From Pavona decussata (lineage: Eukaryota), in NCBI GenBank assembly GCA_977016875.1, contig CDRNST010000078.1:4960001-5024000 (forward strand): 64,000 nucleotides of DNA, given 5' to 3'. The notes below the pieces were generated by a model. The model ran no database searches. It was given only the letters and a program-made list of their open reading frames with translations, and was not told the origin of the DNA. Shown one piece after another: positions 50,201 to 62,200 of this stretch. Each line of letters starts with the position of its first letter. The stretch's first letter is position 1. The position numbers and the translations under genes were made by a program.

Positions 50201-53200
50201 GTAGAAAATGATTTGGTGTTAACGTAACATCATCTGCAGGATTCGCTGACTGATGTCCTAAAAGTTGTGAGTTTATCAGGGTTTCTGCACCAGTGAAGGC
50301 CGTTATCAGTTCTTCGTCCGTCACATCAGTGTTCCCAAAAATCCCATATATAGCTCGTTTGGACGCCTTTATCTTAGACCCGTGTGCACCGCCAAAGGGT
50401 GGAGTCAAAGGGGGATTGAAATGCCATTGTACTTCTTTGTCGGCTGTAGTTACTCTAATCTTGTTCTCGTCTAACTTGTCTACAACAAGTTCTTCCAGTT
50501 GTCGATTTGCTCCCCCGAAATGAGTCCCATTGTCTGAATTCATTTCTTTCGGCAATCCTCTGCCATTCGCTAACCCTAAAATAGGGTAAGGAAGGAATCG
50601 TTGTCCAGTGCAATTGCCATTTTGAAATGTACCACTCTGGTGGTTATACATGTAAACAGACAAAGTTATACCTTAGCTATTTGTTGTCCTCTGCCCTGGA
50701 ATGTTATGAAAGGCCCTTCAAATCTACAAGCATACGACCGAACGCAAGAAGTGGAGTCTAAAGCCAAATTCTTGGGTGAGCCGCTGTGATTTGTTGCGAC
50801 AGTTTGGCTTTTCTTTTACGGTATTCATAGCACTAAGCTTCACAATCTCGGATTTCTTCTCGCCTCTGCATTAACCAAAAACAAGAGAGGACAACATAAG
50901 CAATGTTTGAGGTGTGACTCCCTTTTTCCATGATAATGTCCCATGATCAGCTTGGTTATTCAGTTCTCTCGTCTTTCATGGTAAGATATTAAGGTACTTA
51001 ACGTCATGTGGTACATACTCACCATTCTCTAGACGAGACCAGATCTCATAAACCCATCTTCATCAATTCTTGGTTTTAGGGCGAGTAACTTGTTACCACC
51101 TGGAAGTGTTTTATCCCTTGTCAATTATGAGTACTCTTCTCCAAATGATTCCGCTTCTGCTGACTTCATTACTTGAATGCGCTCGTCCTCGATGTCGTTA
51201 GTAGTCAGCCCACTTTTAATGCGTTTCTCTCCACGTAAACTCAGACAACCGTGTAAGAGGCGATAAACCCAGGCTAGTGTTCTGATGAGACTAATCCAGG
51301 TAGAAAAGCGTCTCGTTTCAAGCCACTACGTAGCATGGTTTTGGATAGCCAACATCGTTGTCCCTTTAATGCTGCAGTCAGTCTGTAGGCGTGCCTGTTT
51401 TCTGACCTCTTTCGTTGCTATTTCATAATTCGATCTATTGCCCATTTAGATATTTTTCCTCTGTAAATACAAAAAGGTCCGTCCCACCGGGTGTCCTTGC
51501 TAGCTAACTCCTCGACTGATAAGACTCTTGTGAGACAATCAGCTGAATTATCGTCAGTGGAAAAATGCATCCACCGTCGAGGACTTGTGTGAGACTGTAT
51601 TTCTCCAATTCTGTTTACAACAAACGCCTTAAATGTCCTGGTTGGTTAGGCGATTTATCTACGATAACACGTTCATGCTATCCGACCAAGACGGGATCTC
51701 GCTAGTTGCAATCTTCAATGCTTACGATATCGATGCACTTAGTCTGAATCCTAGAATTGCGCCCATCAGCTCTAAACGAAGGATACTTGTGGCTGTAAGT
51801 GGTGCAACTCTTGATTTAGAAGCCACTACATGGGGCGAAACAGCTCCATCAATGTGCTCATGTCTGTAATACACGATCGCTCCATACACATTCGATGAGG
51901 CATCCACGAATGTGTGTAGACTCGCGGACTTCACATCCCTGTCTACCGGCTATAGACATCACGATCTTAATTTTTACTAAATGCTCTAGTTCATTGTTGA
52001 ATCACCGAATAACCTTCTTTTCTTGTTACAATTGAAGCGACTGCTCACTAGTCGTTGCCCGTGGTCCAGATTTCTTGCAACAAAGCCTATACACGAATGG
52101 TATATGGCGTCCGAAATCCCATAGGCGCGAAAAATGTTGTTATTCTTCTCAGGAAACTGCGCTTTAGTAGGTCTAACATCTGTACATATCTCGAGGTGGA
52201 TGAACTCGGAAGATGAACATGTTTTCCTTCTCTTCCCATAGTACTCCGAACTTCTAAACAGAGGGCAGCTTACCCTTATCTAGGTCCACTTTTCGCTGCT
52301 GGTATCTCCCACAACAATTGTTCTAGATTAGACAGCCATTTACGTGCGTGCATAGCAGCTTTCTTCCACAGCGTTAAAAGTATTTTTTGTAAAAGTTCAT
52401 GGCTGTCTTATCGTCTGAAACTGAATCCATGCTATTGTCCATATATGTTGACAGATAGTTAAAGATAATATTGCCAGAGATGGTATTGTCACTTATGCGG
52501 AGATACCTTTCTGCTGTGCCACAGACTAACGCCATCGCTTGCTTGTGGAACAGTATCAAAACGCTGAAAAGCACTCGTTTCAACTTAGGTCCCTGTTGTA
52601 CGACATCGCTAAAAGATCCCCTTGCACTTGGCTGACGCGTCAGACACAATGTTCGTCTCCGCCGTTGCTTCGTCCGGCCTCATAACAGATAAGTGTGGTA
52701 GGCAATAGGACTTAATGGGCTTTTCTCTGTTTTTGGGATCTTCCTTACGCAACCTTTCTTCTGGCTCCTTGAGAATGCGTTTCTCTGTTCTTCTCAAGCA
52801 TCTCAGGGCTGTCTCGTAGTTGTCCGGTAACACTGACCGGTCGTCTTTCCAAGGAACTAGGACTTCGTACCGCCCGCTCTCAAATTTGATAGGCCGCTTA
52901 AGTTTCTCGAGCGCGAATTTCTCATTTGGAGTCTCAAAGCTGTGACTTAGCAGTTCTATCTCCAAGACCTTTTGGAGTTTGCAATTTAGTTGCTGCTCTT
53001 ATCATCGGCACGTATAAAAGAAGAGTGAGCGAAACTTGTTCGATAGCGTCCCTCATCAGTACTATTTGGATCGCCGATCGTGTCCATTCGAAGGCCATTA
53101 ACAGTGCAACTGTTTTTACTGGTTTTCTTATAACACCCCTCTCTGATTGATACCGACAAAAATGTCGATTATTGGGCGTGGTCCAAGGTAAAGTAATACC

Positions 53201-56200
53201 CTTTAGATGCTCCAACTTCTTCGCGTATTTTGCCCAGTTGATTGCTCCAATGTTCCCTGAAATGCGTTTTGCAGTGAAAGCTGCTATCTTTACATCTATC
53301 TTTCCATCTAAGCTTTTAAGATTTAGTTGGAAGATTTTTGTCTCGAGGCTGTCGGTTCGACCATTTAGAACGTAAACAGTTACTCTACGGTTCTCCCATT
53401 AAAGTCCTAATTCAACTGTTGATGTATGTCTTACTGATAGAATCGTCCAATAGCGCATTAACGACCACTCGTCTTGCACCATTTGTCATTTCTGCTGTTA
53501 CTTTCCTCATTGCAACATATTCGCGTCTAGTTTCTTTCATGTGCATTGCTGTTGTGTTCGATGTCTCCGGTAAGACTAGTATGGACTCCCCCTCCGTAAT
53601 ATTTCCTACTGGAGCTACTTTAGTTTCATCCCGATGGACGTTTAAGGGCTGAAGATTGTAGCTGTCACTCCTATTGCCGTTTCTTGCAATCACCGGCCTC
53701 TCCTTTCTTTACAATGTAGTAAGACTGTTGTGCGTCCCTACAAACCAAAAAATCGGGACCGTGGGAACGGTATTCCGTGTTGGGTCTCTCCTTGGCATCT
53801 ATAGCAACAACGTTGTTGGGCTGCTTTCGGCCACCTCTTTTCAACGGTTATACCTTAAGACTCGTCGCACCAAATGGGTGGTTATTTCCACAAACTTTGC
53901 ATGTTCGGCGGCTCTTCCTAGGCCACTGGTTTGGATGCATGCATGATCGATCCCCGCGAGTGAACTGATCTGGCCAAGGAAACGTTTGATTTCTCCTTTT
54001 GGTACTGCAATTGCTCCATATCCCTCGAAGCGTCTCAGCTTGTACTGTCTGGAATTCTGCTTCTTGTATAACCCATTGTCGTAATGCTTCTACGCACTGT
54101 GGTTTCTTGTGTTCAAAAATCTATCGATGGTACTGTGCTAGCATTTAGTATGTCATCTTCCTCTGTAGCTTATCATAGAGCGATCCATTGCCCAACTCCT
54201 TATGTCGGCCAGCCTCTTTAAGGTTGATAACTTCGATGTCTTGGATATCAGAGAACTTCTCTATATCTTTGGCGTTACCGACACGGATTGGCTTAAAATC
54301 TCAAAGTTCCTCCAAATAGAGTGCGATCTGTCCTCTTCTTCCTCAATACTTGTAGAGGTAAGCAGAGATGGAATGATCCAAATTCTCAATAACCCTTCGC
54401 CCGATAAGTACTGTCCGGGCTACATTAGCTTGCGTTCGGGTACCGCAGTTGCTTTGTCGATACGGGCTTGAAAAAACTGGGCGCTGATGCTTTGCTTAGT
54501 GGACCCTCAAGCTGTGGTTAGTGCCTGATGGTGTTTTCCGAGTCTTCTTGTCGTCTAATTCTGCTTCTAGGCCGAGCTCCTCGCTGATCTCTCTCTCCAG
54601 GGCTAAATGGGTTTCTTTGACGTTTTCCTTGGCGATCTTTTATGCCCGTTTATCTTTTCTCACGCTCTCTTATTTTTTGGGCAGATTTTACTTCGACCCT
54701 TTCCTTCTCAAGCCTCAATGGCTAGCTATTCACTAAAATCCTTAGCTGCTTATCTCTCGGCGCGCTCTCGAGCCTTTCGCTCTTTGACGTGTAAGCCTTC
54801 ACATCTCCGGGAAGCACAAAATACGATACTGGATGATTCGCAGATATTCGGCAAAATATGAAGGTTTTTGTAGAAAAATGGGGGGGGGGGGGGGGGGGGG
54901 GTAGGTGCACTTTAATTAAGTGACCTTCCCAAATCGTTACTATCAATTGGGGCTGGCATATAAGGTTTATGACAATCGGGAACTTTGGAATAAAGAAAAA
55001 ATTACACAATTTATGTGTTTTTAATTACAGAAGTCGTTCGGAAGCCTCGTTTAATGTTAATTCCTGCCCTGAAAATCTTAATTAACCCTTTCTAGACCGG
55101 GTTCTCTTTTTGTTTTCTGGGTCTGGGAAGGTCGAGGGGTGGGGGGAGACATGAAGAGACATGAAGGCGGCAGCTGAATTACATTTTCAAAAAAATCTAT
55201 TAGCAACGTATACTAAGAGAAGAAAAAGAAATACAATCACCTAGTAGTCAACGCAGTAGTTGGAAGATAGTTAATTGTGGTCTTTGTGTTGTCGGTGTGT
55301 TTGACCAAGCAGGCATTGTTATGTTTCTTGTTAAGAATTGTGTCATAAACTACATTAATGGAGACCTAGGTGAACCTGTTTTTCACTGAATTGGTCAATT
55401 TTTAAACTGACCGGTAATGGTAAGCTCCCTTAAATCTTCAATTCCTCATCGTCGAACAATTTGTATGCTAAAGTTGTCGACAAGTCTAACGTATGATTGA
55501 AAACCTTATTCCAGTATTATATAGTTCAAAAACACAAGTCATTTATTACCTTCTGCTGGACTCGGTGTCACGGACGCTGGTCTGTTTGTGGTTGGTGGGT
55601 CTATCGACGGAGTCACATTGACTGTTGAGAATGAAATTAAAGGCGAAGTAAATAGAGACATCTTGTAAACCAGTTTGTCAAGGTGATGCATTTGCAGACT
55701 TATCTACGATGCTTGTGAGTAAACCGCCCGGTATTTAATTGCGGATCCATGGGAAATTAGAATGTGGCAGTTTTTGACAAGTACAAACGAATGTTTTATA
55801 ATTCTCAGTATCAGGAACAATCAGGGGAGATCAGTCAAACATTGGCTAGTTATTTTGTCTACATGTATTCAAAGGTCATGGAGGGCCTCTCAACAACCAG
55901 CAAATTTTTATTATATTTTCAAGTAGTTCCATTTGTTTTCAAAGGAGAATACGCACTTTCTGAGAATCTGCTGAAGTTCTGCAATCATTCGATAACCACC
56001 CGCTGTTCGACGTCAACGCTATTAATCTGGAAATCCAAAGCATTGGCTACCCTTTTAGCCTTTTGCCTTTTAAACTAGTTCTCTTTCGACGTTTACTGAA
56101 TTTTCTCTATACCACAAAGCAGACACCCGGAGAGGGTAGAACCCGTAGTCTTCATAGGCGTTTCAACACCTGTCGGGCTAGAAGAAACTATCTCAGTAAT

Positions 56201-59200
56201 CACCCGAAATTATACTTTCAATCTTCAGAGTTTTGGTCCCTCTCTCGTCCATTTTTGTTGAGCTAATTTAGCATGGGATTGCCGTCGGATGTCATTTAAG
56301 GTGACCAGTTGAGCCGCATAAATTTAATTTTGAATTTACGTCACAGACATGGTCGGCCGTGCACGGGTCCCGCCATTTCTTCTTGGGGAGGAAAGAAAAA
56401 AAAAAGAGAAGAAAAGGAAATACAGTCACCTACATTCCATTTAGTAGTAAGAAAATATTGAATCGTGTTCTTTGTGTTATCTGTTGGTTTGTCCAAGGAA
56501 GCATTGTAATGTTTCTTCTTAAGAAGTGTGTTTTAAACTACATTAATGGAGAACCTGTTTTTCATCGAAATGGTACATTTTTAAACTGAACTGTGATGGC
56601 TGGCTCCCTTAAATCTTCAATTACTCATCGTCACGCAGTTTGTATGTGAAAGTCGTCGACAAACGTAACGTTAGTTTTTGAAAACCTAAATCTAGTAATA
56701 TATACTTCAAAAAATACAAGTCATATATTACCTGTTGCTTGACTCGGTGTCGGGGAAGCTGGTCTGTTGGTGGTTGGTGGGTTTGTCCACGGAGTCAAAG
56801 TAACTGTTAAGAATCAATTAAAAACCCCAATAAACTGAGAGGTCTTGTAAATCAGTTTTTCAAGGTGATTTACTTCCAGACTTATCCATGATACCTGCAG
56901 AAAATCGCTTGTATTTAATTGCGGATTAACGGCAACTTTCTGAGAATCTGTTGAAGACGTCCAAATATTTGTGACCCGAGGGAGCGACCTACATTTTTGT
57001 AGAAATATATTAATATAAATATATGAAACATATATTTGAACTGCGGGTGAAAGATTAAACAGAAGAAAGATCCTCGCGCTTTATTGTTTCAAGCCGCTAC
57101 GTAGCATTGTTTTTGATAGATAGATAACATCGTTGTCCCTTTAATGCTGTAGTAAGCTTGTGGGCGTGCTTGTTTCCTGACCTCCTTCGTTGCTGTTTCA
57201 TGATATGTTCTACTGCCCATTCAGATTTTTTTACTCTCCAAATACAAAAGTCCTTTCCATCACGTGTCCTCACTAGCTAACTCCTCTACTGATAAGCCTC
57301 TTGTTAGACGATCAGACTGTTGAAGACTTGTGTGAGACTGTATTTCTCCAATTTTGTTAACAACGAACGGCTTAAATGTCGTTTTTCGGCGATAAATCTA
57401 CTATAACACGTTCATACTATTCGACCAAAACGTGGTTTCGCGAGTTGCAATCTTCAATGCTTTCGATATCGATACACTTAGTCTGTGCTCATATCTGTAA
57501 TACGCTACAGTTCCATACGCATATTCAATGAGGCATCTACGAATGCGTGCAGAACTTCACATCCCTGTCTACCAGCTGAGGACATCGCGGTCTTTATGTT
57601 CTCTAATTGCTCTATTCATTGAAACACCGCCTAACCTTCTTTTCCTATTCCAACTTTAGCGACTCCTCAACGTCTCCGTCGTTGCATTTTCGGCCTTATA
57701 ACAGGAAAGTGTGGTAAGTAGCAGGACCCAATTGTTTTTTTTCTATGTTTTTGGGATCGTCTATCCAAGGGATAACGACCTCGTAACGACCACTCTCATA
57801 TTAGATTGATCGCTGTGACTCAGTAGTTCTATCTCCAAGAAACTTTGGAGTTTATCATCTATTTGCTGCTCTTATCGTCCGCGCGTATAAAATAAGTGTG
57901 ACTGAAACGCGTTCAATAGCCTCCCTGATCAGTACTATTTGCATCGCCGATACATGTCCATCCGAGGGCCGTTAACCGTGGAACTGTTTTTCCTGGCTTC
58001 CCTCTAGCATCCCTCACTGATTGATACCGATAAAAATGCCGACGATTGGGCGTGGTCCAAGGTAAAGTAATACCTTTTAGATGCTCCCACTTCTTCTCGT
58101 ATTAGCCCAGTTGATTACTCCAATGTTCCCTGTAACGCGTTCTGCGATGAAAGCTGCTATCTTTACATTATCTTTCCATCAACGCTTTGAAGTTTTAGTT
58201 CGAAGATTTTTGTCTCGAAGCTGTCTGTCCGACCATTTAGAACGTTAACGGTTACTCTACGGTTCTCCCCTTGAAGTCCTAATTCAGCTGCTACATCACT
58301 GTTGATGTATGTCTTACTACTAGCGTCGTCTAGTAGCGCTTTAACGACCACTCTTCTTGTGCCATTTTTGAATACTAGTGTTACTTTCCTCAGTGCAGCA
58401 TATTCGCCTCACGTTTTTTTTTTTTTTTTCATGTGTATTGCTGTTATGTGCAATCTACTTCGGAAAGATTTGTGTGGACTCCCCTTTGTGGTATCTCTAG
58501 CTGGAGCTTCTTTTGTTTCATCTTGATGGACTTTTTAGGGCTGACTCCTATTGCCGTTTCTTGCAATCTCCGGCCTCCCCTTTGCTTTACAATGTAGCGC
58601 GCCTGTTGTGCGTCCGTTGAAACCACAAAGTCGGGACTGTGGGAACTATGTTCCGCGGTGGGTCTCTCCCAGGCATCTGTAGCAAAAACGTCGTAGCGCC
58701 GCTTTCAGCCACCTCTTTTCAACGGTTATAACTTAAAACTCGTCGCATTAATGGGGTGGTTATTTCCACAGACTCTGCATGTGCGGCGGCTCTTAGTAGG
58801 CCAGATTTCTCTTCGGGGTACTGGAATTGCCCCATATCTTTCGAAGCGTCTCAGCTGGTACTATCTGGAATTCTGATTCTTGTATAGCTTATTGTCGTAA
58901 TCTTTCAACAAGCTGCTGTTTCTTGTGTTCAAAAATCCATCGATGGTACTGTGCCAGCATTTACTCTATCGTCTTCCCCTGTAGCTTGTCATAGAGCGAT
59001 CCATTTCCTAACTCCTAATGTCGGCCAGCCTCTTAAAGGTTGATAACTGCGATGTCTAGGATAAAAGCGAACTTCTCTATATCTTTGACGTTACCGGTAC
59101 GGATTAGCTTCCAAGTAGAATGCGATCTGTCCTCTTCTTCCTCCATACTTTCTAATTTGCTCTTAGCAGCTTCATAAGCAGACGTTGAATGATCCTATAT

Positions 59201-62200
59201 CCTATAACCCTTTGCCCAATAAGTACTGTCTGAGCTACAGTAGCTTGTGTTCGGGAGCCGCAGTTGCTTTGTCAATACGGGCTTGAAAAATTCTGGGCGC
59301 TGATGCTTTGCTTAGTGGACCCTCTGGCTGAGGTCGGTACCTGGTGGTGTTTTCCGAGTCTTCTTGTCGTATAATTCTGCTTCTAGGCCGAGTTCCTTGC
59401 TGATATCTGTCTCCAGAGCTAACTGGTTTTCTTTGACGTTTTCCTTGGCGATCTGTTATGCCTGTTTATCTTTTCGGTACCGACTCTCAAGCTCTCTTAA
59501 TTTCTTGAGCAAATTCTTCTTCCACCTTCTCCTTCCTTCTCCGCCCCAATGGCTAGATCTAATTAAACTAAAAACCGTCAGCTGCTTATCTCTCGGCGCG
59601 CTCTCGAACCTTTCTCTGTCCGACGTGTAAGTCTTCTCATCTCTGGGAAGCACAATATACGACACTAGGTGATTCGCAGATTTTCGCCAAAATATAAGGG
59701 ATTTTTGAAGAAAAATTGTGTGTTTAGGTGCATTTTAATTAGGTGAGCTTGGCATGTTGTTAGTATCAGTTGGTGCTGGAATACATAGTTTATGACAATC
59801 GGGAACTTTGGAGTAAAGACTAATTACACATTACATGTGTTTTTAGTAACACAAGTCATTCGGAAGACTCGTTTAATGTATATTGGAAAATCTTAAATTA
59901 ACCTTGTCTAGACCGGGCCTCTTTTATTTTTTGTCTTCTGTGGGAAGGTCTAGAGTTCGGGGAAGGGTGATTGTCCCCCCTCTATAACAGTTGGAGTATA
60001 TGATAGTACGTTTAAAGACGTCTCCTTTGAGGTTCACAGCGCGAAGTGATAACATCATTTCATGTGGTAAAAAAGGTCATAATTGCCAAATGGCGGCCAT
60101 CTTGGATTTCTGGATTTTCAAAAAACCTTCAGGAGAGCCGCGAAATTGAACGAAAAGTTATCAAAACCAATACACAAACAACGTTATGAGCTAAACATAT
60201 TTAAAAATACGGGAAGAAGTGTTGTTTCTTCATTTTAAAAAAGGTTTTCTATTTCCCCCCCAAAAAAATGCCTGTAAAAAATGGTTGCCACGGTAACATC
60301 TACGCAAGCCTACGAACACTAACGACCACATTAATTTTTTTTTTCTAGATAAATTTCTGAAACAATCCTAAAGTTTGAGATAGTTGGCTCAAATATTTTA
60401 AAGTTATCTAGGTTAAAAGTGGCCGTGGCAACAATCAGCACTCCCAACTACTCCTCGGTCTAGATAGGGGTAAAGTATTGAAGCAAGACTCCTTAAATTG
60501 GTATCCTCTATTTACATGATGTTATCAAAGATGTTATCAAAGTTTCACGAAACAAATTCATGTACTTGGCTAGCAGAATTAATCTTTGGAGAGTGAAAAA
60601 GTGCAATAAAATTCTCATCACCGCAACCGAGTAGAGTGAGAAACCAGCTTTTGGAACCTTCCTTCTCCACCAAGTTTAAACCAGTATCGACTCAATACGT
60701 CGCTCCGATTAAAATACTTTGTTCCACAGACATGAAGACGTTGGTAGTTACATTAAATTTAAAAAATATATATTAGCAATATATACTAAGAGAAGAAAAA
60801 GAAACACAGTCACCAAGTAGCCAACACAGTAGTAAGAAGATGATGAATTGTGGTCTTTGTGTTGTCGGTGGTTTGTCTAAGCAGGCATTATAATGTTTCT
60901 TGTTAAGAAGTGTGTTATAAAATGCATTAATGGATACCTAGGCAAACCAGCTTTTCACTGAATTGGTCCATTTTTAAAGTAACTGGTGATGGTAAGCTCT
61001 CTTAAATCTTCAATTCCTCACCGTCGCGCAATTTGTATGCTAAAGTTGTCGACAAGTGTAATGTTAAATTGTAAACCTTATTTCAGTAATATATACCTCA
61101 AACATACAAGTCATATATTACCTGTTGCTGGACTCGGTGTCGGAGACGCTGCTCTGTTTGTGGTTGGTGTGGTTGTCCACGGAGTCACATTGGCTATTAA
61201 GAATCAAATTAAAAACGAAATAAATAGAGAAATCTCGAAACCAGTTTGTCAAAGTGGTGCACTTGCAAACTTATCCACGATGCTTGTCAGAAAACCGCCT
61301 GGTTTTCTATTGCAGATTGACGGGAAATTTAAATGTGGTAGTTTTTGACAAATACAAACAGATGTTTTATAATCCTCAGTATCAGGAACAATCAGCGGCG
61401 ATCAGTCAAACATTGGCTAGGTATTTTCTCTACATGTATCTAAATGTCATAGAGGGCCTCTCAATAACCGGCAAATTTTTATTATATTTTCAAGTAGTTC
61501 CATTTATTTTAAAAGAAGAACGCTCACTCTCTGAGAATCTGTTAAAGTTCTTTAAACATTTGTGAGCTTAGGATCGATTACTAGCTGCTGTTCGCGAAAT
61601 GAGTGCACGCTCATCCCCGAAGAGACAGTTGGACGCGTCACCTTGGCATTGTTAATATTATTTCAACCTATGAGAAACGTGTTTGCCTGAATCGACCAGG
61701 CAACTTAAATTACATAAATTAGCTTTAAGAGGGTTATGGCGAATTAAGTGGATAGTATTTGATCGTGTTATTGAGAAGTTTAAGATTCAAAATCTTAAAG
61801 CTGTGCAATAGAAATTGTTGAAAAAGTTGGCTAACATGCAAGATGCATTCGTTATATTATTTTACTGACACGATTGGGAAAGTCTCTAATTTTCCCAGCT
61901 GCACCAATGGTTTTTGATGTCGTGAAACGGTAGAACTTTCAATCCATAGCTGTCGTAATTTCGCCTTTGATGTCGCTGACAAAGGATCAAGTCGAATTTT
62001 TTAAATCTACAAGGGTCACCGACGAAAAATCCAAGCCGATAAAGCAATTAGCAAATGCCACAGCGCATGCGTACAAAATGGAATAGAGAAGCTAATTCAA
62101 ATGGCTCATAATGATAAGAAAATCTCTTTTAGCATATTAATAGAAACTACATTAATGGAGAAATTGTTTTTAATCGAAATGGTTCTTTTTTAAAACTGAA